Below are positions 1 through 9,763 of a stretch of DNA of 20,947 nucleotides, one piece after another. The stretch is from Promethearchaeota archaeon (GTDB lineage: Archaea > Asgardarchaeota > Lokiarchaeia > Sigyniarchaeales > SOKP01): the NCBI GenBank assembly GCA_013375475.1, contig JABXKD010000068.1:1-20947 (forward strand). Direction: 5' to 3'. The position numbers and the translations under genes were made by a program. The notes under the pieces were generated by a model that saw only the letters and a program-made list of their open reading frames with translations, had not been told where the DNA came from and made no database searches. Numbering within the stretch: position 1 is the stretch's first letter; each line of letters begins with the position of its first letter.

Positions 1-1
1 A

Positions 2-739
2 ATTGATGGAATTGAATACACATACGACAATCCATTAGTTTCACGCGGTAATGACAAAAGATTTGAATGGTTTCGTTGTGCGTGTTGTCCCCCTAACGTC
101 GCGCGAACTATTAACTCTATAGGTAAGTATATTTACAGCATTTCAGAGAAGGGAGTCTGGATTCACCAATATATTGGAAATAATACTAATTTTGAGTTAG
201 GCTCAAATGAGATCAAAATATATCAAAAATCGGGATTTCCATGGAAAGGTCATGTCAATATTAAACTCAATTTAAGTAAGAGTCAAAAATTCTCGATATT
301 CCTTAGAATTCCAAGCTGGAGCATCGAAACCGAGTTAAAAATTAATGGTGAACAGTATTATGGTGATTTATCTAGTGGAAAATATGTGGAAATTATAAGA
401 AACTGGTTAAATAACGATAATCTGGATTTATCATTCAAAATGAAAGTAAGTTTTGTTAAAAGCGACCAAAGAATCAAGAATAATCGGGGTAAAGTAGCAA
501 TATACAATGGTCCCTTAATTTACTGTTTTGAACAAAAAGACAATAAGAATCTCGATATTTTTACTTTAACTGTTAAAGAGGATCAGAATATGGGTGTGAA
601 ATACCAACCAGAGATGTTAGGTGGTATTAATACCGTTTTCGGAAAGGATTCAAAGGGTAAAACTTTTACAGCAATACCGTATTATGCATGGAATAATAGA
701 GGTGCAGATAAAATGCAAATTTGGCATTTAGTGGGCTAA
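2..739 (+). CDS. Glycoside hydrolase family 127 (beta-L-arabinofuranosidase HypBA1-like / DUF1680), 5'-truncated by the window edge
   Basis: The frame of the 386..739 ORF reads from base 2 as IDGIEYTYDNPLVSRG..RFEWFRCACCPPNVART. It has the GH127 Zn-binding/catalytic C-x-CC-PPN motif, then GFPWKG, LRIPSW, GPLIYC and the C-terminal AIPYYAWNNRG motif. The track start at 386 is internal. Confidence 0.9.
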   Translation: MDGIEYTYDNPLVSRGNDKRFEWFRCACCPPNVARTINSIGKYIYSISEKGVWIHQYIGNNTNFELGSNEIKIYQKSGFPWKGHVNIKLNLSKSQKFSIFLRIPSWSIETELKINGEQYYGDLSSGKYVEIIRNWLNNDNLDLSFKMKVSFVKSDQRIKNNRGKVAIYNGPLIYCFEQKDNKNLDIFTLTVKEDQNMGVKYQPEMLGGINTVFGKDSKGKTFTAIPYYAWNNRGADKMQIWHLVG

Positions 740-841
740 TCTTAAACATAATTCATTAAATTAATTGAATCTCTTTTCTATAAATAAAGTTTTGAGCTAA
801 ATTGAATAATATCTCTCTTAACTCTTTCCAATTTCTCTTCG

Positions 842-1390
842 TTAGAAAGAATTTTCTTCATCATTATTAGGTTTATATCTTTCGAAAAGAATTTCGGTAA
901 TTACATCAAACGCTTTCTCAACATTTTGACCCGTTTTAGAGGATAATTCTATAAAAGAAGATAGATTATACTTCTTGGCAGCTAAAATCCCTTCGTCTCT
1001 CGAAACAGCCCTAAACTCTTGTAAATCAACTTTTGACCCAATTAGCATAATAGGAATATCTCCAGCATGTTCTCGTATAATTTGAGTCCAATCTGGCAAA
1101 TGGTCTAATGAAAGACGATTGGTTATATCATATAGGAAAAAGGCAGCGTTTGCACCTTTACAATATTGATGTAAGAGGAATCTAAATCGTTCTTCTCCTC
1201 CAAAATCCCAAATTTGTAATTTTACTTTTTTTTCGTTAAAATTTGTGGTCTTAGAGTAAAAATCTACGCCTATCGTAAGTTTTAAATCCTCTAAAAAGAA
1301 TCCAGAAATGTATCTAATGGTAAGAGATGTTTTTCCAACTGCTGCATCACCTAACATCATGATTTTCCAAGTAAAATCGTAGCTCGCCAA
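842..1390 (-). CDS. Rab-like small GTPase (Ras superfamily)
   Basis: G1 GDAAVGKTS, Rab-type switch I TIGVDF, G3 QIWDFGGEERFR, G4 GSKVD, G5 ELSSKTGQNV. TTG start. No C-terminal cysteine. Confidence 0.93.
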   Translation of the reverse strand: MASYDFTWKIMMLGDAAVGKTSLTIRYISGFFLEDLKLTIGVDFYSKTTNFNEKKVKLQIWDFGGEERFRFLLHQYCKGANAAFFLYDITNRLSLDHLPDWTQIIREHAGDIPIMLIGSKVDLQEFRAVSRDEGILAAKKYNLSSFIELSSKTGQNVEKAFDVITEILFERYKPNNDEENSF

Positions 1391-1558
1391 AATACTTAAC
1401 CCATATTGATTAATGGTTATTTAGTATAATTATTTCTTAGATAATTTATATTGATAGGTTTAACTTAATTATATTTATCTTTATAAGATTTATTAAATAT
1501 ATGTTTTTATTTATCTTTCAATACATTTAAACATTATATCGCAACAAACCTCTAAAAC

Positions 1559-2212
1559 TCAAAATAATAGAATGAGTATATTCAATGTGATATGGGCGAG
1601 AGAACTTGGAAGAAGAGAGTTCTTAAAAAGAATGAATGTTAGAGATAAAAAGATTCCAAAAGAGAAGTAATATCCGAAAAAAGTAACAATCGTGGATAAA
1701 GGAACAAGGAAAGGTGGAACGTGATAAATAGAAAAGATAACTGAAGAAAAAATGAGAGAGTAAAGCAGTTTCATCTTTTTACTGCTTTTTCTAATAATAA
1801 AACCTCGAAAAAATCCTTCTTCACATGGAGCAACAATTACTACTTGAATCGCCATAAGTATTATTATCTCTATTATTGTAGGATTAATAGGAGTAGTAGA
1901 AATTGCATTATTTATTCCTTCCTCCACAAATTGCGCGCCAAACAATACTCGGACAATGGTATTAACAAAAAAAGAAATGATATAACCGCTTATGAAAAAG
2001 AAAATGATTCCAATCACTAATCCAGATACCACTTTTAGGATCATTTTCCTTAAGGTAGTGGGTTTTCTTTGAAAGCCAATTTCTTTCAATTCATCCAAGA
2101 GTGATTTTTTTTCTACTTTTGAAGCTATTAAAGCGGGAATGAGAATTAGCAAAATCTCAAGAAATGAAAGACTTATCAATAGGATTGTATCTTTTCCTAA
2201 ATCTATAGCCAT
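1559..2212 (-). CDS. CPBP family intramembrane metalloprotease (Rce1/Abi, type II CAAX protease-like)
   Basis: Several hydrophobic segments and intact family motifs EExxxR (CEEGFFRG), FxxxH (FSIYH) and HxxxN (HITLN). Confidence 0.9.
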   Translation of the reverse strand: MAIDLGKDTILLISLSFLEILLILIPALIASKVEKKSLLDELKEIGFQRKPTTLRKMILKVVSGLVIGIIFFFISGYIISFFVNTIVRVLFGAQFVEEGINNAISTTPINPTIIEIIILMAIQVVIVAPCEEGFFRGFIIRKSSKKMKLLYSLIFSSVIFSIYHVPPFLVPLSTIVTFFGYYFSFGIFLSLTFILFKNSLLPSSLAHITLNILILLF

Positions 2213-2306
2213 TTTTTATTCGTTATTCTAATGATTCGAATTGAAAAAATTATAAAATTTAATCTCTCATCGTTATTATAATTAACTCACATTATTTTAA
2301 ATCTTA

Positions 2307-3587
2307 ATGACAATTAGGAATAATCCTTTGAACTACAGCAATCTAGAATCTCAACTACCTTCTAATACATTCTCGCGTTCCATTGTTTCAGGATTTACTA
2401 AGGAGCAACTACTTTTAATAAATTTAAAAGATTTAGCACGAGAATATATAGAAATTGAGCAATTAAAACAAAAATTTACTAAAATTTTACTTAGTAATCT
2501 CGAATCATTAGATTTTAAGGAATTCCTAAGGTATCCAAATTACGATATAAAAGAAAGTGTTTTAAAGAGGGATGGCACAGCATCTAATATAAGAGGGTTA
2601 AATGTAGTAAGTGTTGACGGTAGTTCTGTTGTAAAAAAGTTCATGAATGTTGATTTTTCTTTCTTAAAAGCTATTGCTGTAAAATATTACTTCTATAAAA
2701 ATCAATCATCTAAGATAGAATATTTTCCTGACATCACAGGTTTTAATAATTATAATGTGCAAGGGACTTATTTAAATCGTGAAGATAATACAGTAGATGC
2801 TCAGATTTCGATGGATATGACATTCATGGAAATCAATCTCTTGAATAAATTAATCGAAAAAAAAAGTGATATAGATTTAATCATTATTGACGGTTCCGTT
2901 GTAATCATGCCCATCAATTTAATCTTTGCGAAAGACTCTGAAATATCTAAAAAGTACGACAAATTGCTAAAAGAATATAAGAAGTTATATTCCAACTGCA
3001 TTGAAAGAGGGATTATTCTAATCGGCTCGATAAAGGATACGAGAACTTCAGCATTAACCAATTTATTAAGAAGTTCTATCCAGATGTTAAAACCTAATAC
3101 TACGAAATTGACCGACTTCATTAAAATTAATTATCGTCAGATAATGGACTATTTTTGTGATTTAGATTTATTTAATAGAGTTTTAAAAAAATATGAAAGA
3201 AGTTGTATTTTTAACTGTAAAAAAGATCTAGATAAAATTAGAGACACAGGTATAAAAAAAGAAATTCCTTATTATTTCCCTCAGAGTTTTTATGCGTTCT
3301 ACCTGAAAACTGCGATACACGATACACCATGTAGGATTGAATTTTTTATGAATGATAAACACTCTTTAAAGGAGGCTTCGGAAAAAGCTGACCTAATATC
3401 TTCAATCCTTCTACCAATATCGAGTCTTAATGAATTCTATGGATTACCTATACCTCAAATAGAAGCTCATAGAAGGGCTGTGTTCAAGCCTCAGGAGGTA
3501 AATTTGCTACTTAATAATTTGTTACGAACTTTGAGTAGTTATGGAGTATCCTTGTTAGAAAAACGTAGAACTAGAAGACCGTTTTAA
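2307..3587 (+). CDS. nurA: NurA-family DNA double-strand-break repair nuclease
   Basis: Two DGS motifs (VSVDGS, IIIDGS), an E between them (FMEIN), IGSIKD, and C-terminal YGLPIPQIEAHRRA matching the NurA GYPxxLxxAH motif. Confidence 0.85.
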   Translation: MTIRNNPLNYSNLESQLPSNTFSRSIVSGFTKEQLLLINLKDLAREYIEIEQLKQKFTKILLSNLESLDFKEFLRYPNYDIKESVLKRDGTASNIRGLNVVSVDGSSVVKKFMNVDFSFLKAIAVKYYFYKNQSSKIEYFPDITGFNNYNVQGTYLNREDNTVDAQISMDMTFMEINLLNKLIEKKSDIDLIIIDGSVVIMPINLIFAKDSEISKKYDKLLKEYKKLYSNCIERGIILIGSIKDTRTSALTNLLRSSIQMLKPNTTKLTDFIKINYRQIMDYFCDLDLFNRVLKKYERSCIFNCKKDLDKIRDTGIKKEIPYYFPQSFYAFYLKTAIHDTPCRIEFFMNDKHSLKEASEKADLISSILLPISSLNEFYGLPIPQIEAHRRAVFKPQEVNLLLNNLLRTLSSYGVSLLEKRRTRRPF

Positions 3588-3592
3588 TATCA

Positions 3593-4279
3593 TCATTTTT
3601 CTAATCGGTTCAAAATAATATCTTCAAAAAAAACATGCTTCTTTTTTAAAATAGTATTCTTAAAACCACAATTTTCTATTTGTTCGATTATATTTTGGAA
3701 ATTAGCAACACTCGAACTAATATAATAAATGTAAAAGTTCTGACTTGAGTCAAGAAAAGATTTAGCTTGTGAAATAAATTCAACGAAAATCTCAAATCCC
3801 TTTTCTCCACCATTCCAGCTATTATCAATGCCTTTCTTTACCTGTACGTGATTATTATATCTCAAGGAAGGTAAATAAGGAGGATTGAAAATGATAACAT
3901 TAAATGAGTCTTTTAGATTAGCCGGAAATGACTTAAATAAATCAGATTGTATAAATGTGATATTTTTCTCGAGATTATTGGAAGACTCATTTAATTTAGC
4001 ACATTTAATTGCATTTTCTAATATATCTGAAGCAAAGATTTGAGGCGAGAAATTTATAACTCTTTTTGTAACCTCTCGCAAAAATAACGCAATTATTCCA
4101 GTTCCAGTTCCCATATCCAAGATTTTTTTAATATTTTTAATATCGAGTCCATCAAAATAATTTTCGTTGATGCATTCAGTGAAATAATCAATGATTAGAT
4201 ATGTATCATCAGAAGGAGCGTAAACATCCTCGAAAGGACAATCAATTTTTGGTTCTGGAAAAGAATTAATTCTACTCAC
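3593..4279 (-). CDS. hemK: HemK/Mtq2 (N6AMT1)-like release-factor glutamine methyltransferase
   Basis: VYAPSDDTYL N-terminal motif, LDMGTGTG SAM-binding motif I, FNPPYLP motif IV, W-x-GG-x-x-G. Lies directly downstream of rsmA, as is common in archaea. GTG start. Confidence 0.88.
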   Translation of the reverse strand: MSRINSFPEPKIDCPFEDVYAPSDDTYLIIDYFTECINENYFDGLDIKNIKKILDMGTGTGIIALFLREVTKRVINFSPQIFASDILENAIKCAKLNESSNNLEKNITFIQSDLFKSFPANLKDSFNVIIFNPPYLPSLRYNNHVQVKKGIDNSWNGGEKGFEIFVEFISQAKSFLDSSQNFYIYYISSSVANFQNIIEQIENCGFKNTILKKKHVFFEDIILNRLEK

Positions 4280-4294
4280 CAGCGATTTTGATAG

Positions 4295-5152
4295 TTATTT
4301 ATGGATTAAATCGAAGATTGACTCACTTAAAGCTACAATCTCATCTACTTTATATTTTGCGATTTTTTTCTCTGCTAAATTGATATTATTTATACCATTG
4401 TAAATATCACTTTTTGAATAATCGCCTAGAACCTCATTTTTTAAAAATAAACTTATGGCATTTACCAAATTCTTATTTTTGTAAGGCATTATACCAGCGA
4501 CAAACTTTAAGAAGAATTTTCTCTTTGCATCAGACAGTAAAAATTGAGAAATATCGTCCCTAGGTTTAACGGTAATTAGAGCTAAATCAATCTTGGGGGT
4601 AGGAAAAAAAGTAAATCTAGAGATTTTATATTTTTTAAGAGGTTGCATGAATGCATTAAAGCTAACAGTAATTCTAGAAAAAGTTTTATATTCATTTTTG
4701 TTGAAAAGTCTTTCTGCTATGCTATCTTCAATTAGTAAAGTACCTCGAGGAGGATTTTCATTATAAAAGACTTTTTCGAGTATTGCACCAGTAATAGAAT
4801 AAGGTATATTAGATATTACGATATCGTGAGTGGGAATATCAGCTTTTAAAACATCTTCGTTAAATAATATTAAATTTTTATTCTTCGAGAATTTCTTTGT
4901 TAGATATTGAAACAATTTAAAATCAATTTCATAAGCATAAAGTTTGTTACTAAACTTAATTAGTTCTTCTGTCAGGGCACCCAAACCTGATCCAATCTCT
5001 AAAACTACATCGTCTTCTGAGATTTGAGATTTTAAAATTATTTTTGATACGATATTCCTATCAAAAAGAAAATTCTGACCCAGTTTATTATTTGGTTCTA
5101 TTCTCAGTTCTTTTAAAATGAGTTGAATTTCTTTTTTATTCATACTATTCAT
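4295..5152 (-). CDS. rsmA: 16S rRNA m6,2A dimethyltransferase RsmA/KsgA/Dim1
   Basis: LGQNFL, VLEIGSGLGALT, YEID, SNIPYSIT, F-x-P-x-PKID. The start overlaps the upstream stop (ATGA at 5149-5152). Confidence 0.95.
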   Translation of the reverse strand: MNSMNKKEIQLILKELRIEPNNKLGQNFLFDRNIVSKIILKSQISEDDVVLEIGSGLGALTEELIKFSNKLYAYEIDFKLFQYLTKKFSKNKNLILFNEDVLKADIPTHDIVISNIPYSITGAILEKVFYNENPPRGTLLIEDSIAERLFNKNEYKTFSRITVSFNAFMQPLKKYKISRFTFFPTPKIDLALITVKPRDDISQFLLSDAKRKFFLKFVAGIMPYKNKNLVNAISLFLKNEVLGDYSKSDIYNGINNINLAEKKIAKYKVDEIVALSESIFDLIHK

Positions 5153-5799
5153 TCATATTTATGAGTCTTCGAGAATAAGTAATATTTCACGCCTTCGCGT
5201 TGTAATTCCTTAATTATTCGCAAGGCAACTTGCTTAGCAGGATGAGACATACTAGTTCTATCGGAAATATCTTGAAAAGTGGTAAATTTCTGTCTGTTTC
5301 TTGCTTCTATAATTTCCCACATATGTTTCTGCCCAACACCGGGTAATAATTTAAGAGAATGCATTCTTGGAGTTATAGAAGTCGAATTATTAAAGAAATT
5401 AATGAATTCTTCCTCATAGTTTAACACCTCATTTTCTAGAATTGGTTGAATTAAAGCTTTCGAAGTACTAGTAAGATCTTTATAATCGATTTTCTTTATC
5501 ACTTCTCTTAATTTGTTTTGATTTAAAAATTCCTCATACGTACCTTTTTGTTGAACCTTGATATCTGATTCTTTATTACACTTCACTTCATAAAGAACAA
5601 AATCAGGAAAAGTAAGTACCTGGGAGATTGGTGTTTTCGACCAACTAGGTTTATCTTCTTCGGGATGACCATGTAGTAATATATCTAGAATTATAACTTC
5701 TCGAAATTTTTTAATGAATTGTTTCTTTGGCCTTGGTTCCTTCCTTTGATACTTGGGTCTGTGAGGAGACCTTCTGTATCGATCCCGATTTCTTTCCAT
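5149..5799 (-). CDS. DUF655 family predicted RNA-binding protein (OB-like + helix-hairpin-helix)
   Basis: ILD, FFNNSTSITPRMHSLKLLPGVGQKHMWEIIEAR (HhH LPGVG) and terminal KYYLF. Conserved position between rpo4 and rsmA. Confidence 0.9.
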   Translation of the reverse strand: MERNRDRYRRSPHRPKYQRKEPRPKKQFIKKFREVIILDILLHGHPEEDKPSWSKTPISQVLTFPDFVLYEVKCNKESDIKVQQKGTYEEFLNQNKLREVIKKIDYKDLTSTSKALIQPILENEVLNYEEEFINFFNNSTSITPRMHSLKLLPGVGQKHMWEIIEARNRQKFTTFQDISDRTSMSHPAKQVALRIIKELQREGVKYYLFSKTHKYE

Positions 5800-5963
5800 T
5801 CCAACCAGTCTTCTTATTATTTACTCTCCAGATATGCATAATATTTTATAATTTGAATATTCCTTTTTAAACAAGGATTGCTCATTAAAATTTAAAAGAA
5901 TTCGAATTTATAAATTCTTCGATGTTTAATACTCTTTGTAAAATATTTATGATAAAAATCGGA

Positions 5964-6329
5964 TTAAGATGTTTTGAGCTCTTCCATTTGGGCTAGAATA
6001 TCTTGTAATTGCTCATCATTTAAAGATTTTCCAGTAAAACTTTTCTCTAAAATCATCCTGAGTTCTGGGACCGTATGAGGATCTATGTTAACAATGTTTA
6101 TCGCGTATACTTCTTCAATTTCGTATTTATCAACAAGAAATTTTTGAATTTTAATCGCATCTTTTTCACTCATTTTAGCAAATTTATTTACATAAGCATG
6201 AGTAATTTCTTGAAAATGAGATAAACCCTCTTCGCTATCTATTTTTTCTATTTGCTCTTTGACAGCTTCCATTATCTTTTTTACTTCGGGTATAGAAACA
6301 GTTTTTTCGCCTATTTTTCTACCAGACAT
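5964..6329 (-). CDS. rpo4: DNA-directed RNA polymerase subunit Rpo4 (RpoF/Rpb4)
   Basis: VSIPEVK, YVNKFAK, AINIVNIDPHTVPELRMIL HRDC-like motif. Synteny after rpl21e. Confidence 0.92.
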   Translation of the reverse strand: MSGRKIGEKTVSIPEVKKIMEAVKEQIEKIDSEEGLSHFQEITHAYVNKFAKMSEKDAIKIQKFLVDKYEIEEVYAINIVNIDPHTVPELRMILEKSFTGKSLNDEQLQDILAQMEELKTS

Positions 6330-6361
6330 ATAAATCTCTACTTTTAAATTAATTCTTTAAA

Positions 6362-6667
6362 TTATTTTGCTGAGCCCTTATTAGCGCGTAAGTGTTCTTT
6401 ACCAATAATTAATAATTTTTTAGAGTTCCCTAATTTAACTTCAACCTCGTAACATCTTCCTCTTGTACCTTTGATCGTCCCTGTTAAGCCATGATATCGC
6501 CTATGAGGAAATCCTCTTTTATGTTGTGATGAATCGGTGATCACATCCACCTTATCATTAATTTCATAGTCAATTAAATATTTCTCTATAGAACCGAGTC
6601 CTCTATCTCGCACATTCTTTCTATGTCTTTGACGAGATTTGTTCCGGTAACCTTTATGTAAAGTCAA
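6362..6667 (-). CDS. rpl21e: 50S ribosomal protein L21e (eL21)
   Basis: KGYRNKSR, DKVDV, GFPHRRYHGLTG, EHLR. Basic 101-aa protein with a TTG start preceded by AGGGA. Confidence 0.96.
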   Translation of the reverse strand: MTLHKGYRNKSRQRHRKNVRDRGLGSIEKYLIDYEINDKVDVITDSSQHKRGFPHRRYHGLTGTIKGTRGRCYEVEVKLGNSKKLLIIGKEHLRANKGSAK

Positions 6668-6775
6668 ATTAATTCCCTATACTATTTTGATTTATTATTA
6701 ATAAAAAAATCTAGTTTTAATAAAATATGATACATAATTTATTTATTTTTTGATTTAGTGTCTTTAAGAAGATAA

Positions 6776-8131
6776 TTAATAAATCTTTAGAACATCTAGT
6801 TTTTTACATTCGATAGGAAAACCAAAGATCTCTGTAAATGAAGGCGTTGTTCTTCCATTGTCGCCATGAATAATTTCTTTTATGTAAGTCCCACCTTGAG
6901 CTTCGACTATGAATTCAAATACATTAGGTTTAATGAATTTTCCATCTATTTGAAAAATCTTTTTTTCTCTAATTTTATCAGCTCGACGATGTGAAACTCT
7001 TTTGGGAGTTCTTTGTTGAATTTTTTGATTTTCAAAAACAATTTTTAGCTTATGCAGTAGAGCTTCAAACTTTTCTTTTGTTACGTTTTCCATTGACGAA
7101 GTTAAGGCTCTATATACTTTTTTGGTATTTTCTGCGTTAAATTTCAGGTTTTTAACTTGTTCTTTACTACTGTACACTAAATCTGAAATTTTTATTTTCT
7201 TTTTATTTTTTTTATTAACTTTTTTTTGGATTTTTTCCAAATTTAAAGTCCTAACCTTTGGATTTCTTAATTCCAAAACAAAAGGCCTTCCTTTCCCTAA
7301 CATTTTCACATCAATATCTTCTCTTCCAGCACCATGAAATTTTAAACCTTCTGCTTTTGTTTCCTTAATAAACTCAGGACTTACTAGTTCTTCTACACTA
7401 GTTTTATATTGTTTACCTGTAAAATTGCATGATTCACATCCCTTTCCTCTACATGCTCGACAATCCCAATGAGTTTGTGGAATTCCTCTAATAAATTTAT
7501 TATATCTTCCTTTAATAAAAATTGATCTTAATATCAAGGTTACTTCTGATGATGTAAAACTAAGAGTGTAGATAACTGTGATATCAGGATTTGCAAATTC
7601 TGACGGTTTTTTTAGATTATTAGATAATTCTTTTCCTACTTCTCTGTTGAAATGATTTTTAAACGACTCAGAATTTAGTAGGTTAAATTGTGCTTTAAAT
7701 GTGTCTTCTCTATTAACAATCTGCGAATTAAGAGCATTCCCTACAAGAATGTCTTTAAACTCCAGATTGTTTAAGTTTTGTATGGCAATCTTTGCGTAGC
7801 TAGAAATATTGCTAAAAATATCTTCACATAAGTAGCATTTTTCAGATATTATTAATGTATTATATTCAATTCCTTCCCTGTTTAAGACGCTTTGAGCAGG
7901 GGCAAACATAGCTTTTTCTGCTAGTATTTTTAAATTAGCAATAGCCTCTTCGTGGTTTTCGTGCCTTGATAAATAAACTCTGTGATTTTCCATAGCCATA
8001 GTTAAAAGAAGAGATTTACCTCTATCATAGTTAGTAGTATCCGTTCCTAGCAATGAAAACATTCTACCTAAACAATGAAGGCATATGTAATATTCTTGGT
8101 AAATCTCTAAAACTTTTTCAAAGATAGTCAT
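6776..8131 (-). CDS. pus10: tRNA pseudouridine(54/55) synthase Pus10
   Basis: N-terminal CxxCLGR and CxxC, GRYNK..RGIPQTHW, catalytic FHGAGREDIDV..LG.GRPFVLE, QRTP.RV.HRRAD, GGTYIKE..HGD.GRT.PS. Confidence 0.96.
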   Translation of the reverse strand: MTIFEKVLEIYQEYYICLHCLGRMFSLLGTDTTNYDRGKSLLLTMAMENHRVYLSRHENHEEAIANLKILAEKAMFAPAQSVLNREGIEYNTLIISEKCYLCEDIFSNISSYAKIAIQNLNNLEFKDILVGNALNSQIVNREDTFKAQFNLLNSESFKNHFNREVGKELSNNLKKPSEFANPDITVIYTLSFTSSEVTLILRSIFIKGRYNKFIRGIPQTHWDCRACRGKGCESCNFTGKQYKTSVEELVSPEFIKETKAEGLKFHGAGREDIDVKMLGKGRPFVLELRNPKVRTLNLEKIQKKVNKKNKKKIKISDLVYSSKEQVKNLKFNAENTKKVYRALTSSMENVTKEKFEALLHKLKIVFENQKIQQRTPKRVSHRRADKIREKKIFQIDGKFIKPNVFEFIVEAQGGTYIKEIIHGDNGRTTPSFTEIFGFPIECKKLDVLKIY

Positions 8132-8217
8132 CTACTGATTAAATAATTAGGTATTACTTATGTTTTTAATGATCTAATAATAATTATTAAAAAAAAATGG
8201 AGATTTGAGAGGTAGAA

Positions 8218-9585
8218 TTATTTTTTTTCCCAGTCAAAATCAAGTATCACATACTTTTTAGTGTAAAAATAAGCAACTAGCAATATTACTGTGCAAATTG
8301 GTCCAAACACAATTAATCCTAGAGCAACATTTTCCCCGGTGAGAGTGATTAAAGGTAAGGCATCAATTGCAGTACCAAGGATGAAAACTCCAAATGCTTG
8401 AAAAATATTACCAATAATACTATTAAAACCAGCATATACTCCCGCTTTTAACTGACCTGTTTTTTTTTCATCATCCTCAGCAATATCGGCATAAATAATA
8501 TAGGGGAAGAGAAACCAACCTCCTAAAGCACCAGTTGAAATAACAATGAATATTATACCTAAAATTAAACGAGGGAATGCTTCAATTAATGCTAGAAGAG
8601 AAACTGGTAGGGTAATTGCTGAGAACAGAAAAATATATAATAGCGCTTTTTTCTTTCCTAGTTTTTCTAACAATCTTCTCCAAACAAACAAAAAAGAAAA
8701 TATTCCGATTATTAGAACACCTGCTATAATGTAAAAATCTGTTCCACTTAAAAACAATGCCGCTTGACTATAGGCAAGTATAACATCGGTAACAATAGAC
8801 CAGGCGAGACTTGCTATCCCAATCATTAATATAATTCGAAGATAGTTTCGATTATGGATTACAATCTTGAGATTTTCTTTTAAATTCGATTTAATTTCAA
8901 ATTTCGGTTCAGTTGGCATTAACAAACCAACTAGTGTAAAGGTTACAATTGCTATGACTCCAAAAACTATAGTAATTAACAGAAAATCCATAGGTATAGG
9001 GATATTAGGATTTCTAGGAGGTCCTATTAAATCGTCAACATAACCTGTCAAAACTAATATAGAAACTAAAGCCATGGAACCATTCCCTATCCAATTGAAA
9101 TAGTTTTGAAATTGCGAAACTTTTGGGCGTTCAGATACTATGAATTGTTCAGCCATCCAAGATTGATATACTGTAGTGAGTGAGTAACTTATTTTAAAAA
9201 TCAGATCCCAAATGAAAAACCATACGAATAACATCATCGTATCGCTAAGATCAGGTAAAAATAGAGATGGTAAGAATAAAAATATAAAAGATATACCCAG
9301 TAGTGGAGCAAATGCAACAATATAGGGTTTTCTCCTTCCCCATTTGGTATATTTCGCATCGCTTACCCATCCAAAAAAAAACTGACTTAATCCGACGACA
9401 AGGAATCCTATAGCTTGTGTAAGTCCAACTAAAAAGGCTGATAATCCAAAACCATTCCAATATAAATTAAATAAAGCAAATCCCTCCATCCCTAAAACTA
9501 AAGAACTTCCAACGCGAGGAAATGCAAAAAGCAGTTTTTTACCAGTTTTTGATTCTTCTCTAACAACTCCTTGTAATTCATTCAA
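8218..9585 (-). CDS. MFS transporter, GPH/MelB-like (MFS_2) sugar:cation symporter
   Basis: About 12 hydrophobic segments, GWVSDAKYTKWGRRKPYI loop motif, ADIAEDDEKKTG..KAGVY motif typical of GPH porters. TTG start. Confidence 0.88.
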   Translation of the reverse strand: MNELQGVVREESKTGKKLLFAFPRVGSSLVLGMEGFALFNLYWNGFGLSAFLVGLTQAIGFLVVGLSQFFFGWVSDAKYTKWGRRKPYIVAFAPLLGISFIFLFLPSLFLPDLSDTMMLFVWFFIWDLIFKISYSLTTVYQSWMAEQFIVSERPKVSQFQNYFNWIGNGSMALVSILVLTGYVDDLIGPPRNPNIPIPMDFLLITIVFGVIAIVTFTLVGLLMPTEPKFEIKSNLKENLKIVIHNRNYLRIILMIGIASLAWSIVTDVILAYSQAALFLSGTDFYIIAGVLIIGIFSFLFVWRRLLEKLGKKKALLYIFLFSAITLPVSLLALIEAFPRLILGIIFIVISTGALGGWFLFPYIIYADIAEDDEKKTGQLKAGVYAGFNSIIGNIFQAFGVFILGTAIDALPLITLTGENVALGLIVFGPICTVILLVAYFYTKKYVILDFDWEKK

Positions 9586-9763
9586 AATTTTTCACATTTT
9601 TTAAGGTTTTATTTTTTAAATAGCGATTAAATATATTTAAGTGAGTGGTTTATTTAAAAATAATTTAAAAATTGTAAATTAGATATTATCATTTCAGAAA
9701 AAATAATAATAGTGCTAATAGATTAGCTATTTAATTTAGTAATTAGATAAACTTACCAATAAA

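Noticed and set aside
386-739. Stand-alone 117-aa ORF
   Set aside because: It is the C-terminus of a GH127 gene whose frame extends to the window edge.
2801-3121. 106-aa minus-strand ORF
   Set aside because: Antisense shadow inside nurA with no motifs.
3593-4279. NPPY methyltransferase as a DNA adenine methylase of an R-M system with the adjacent nuclease
   Set aside because: The VY-x-P-x-x-D-T-x-L motif, small size and position after rsmA identify a HemK/Mtq2 protein methyltransferase, and the nuclease is NurA-type.
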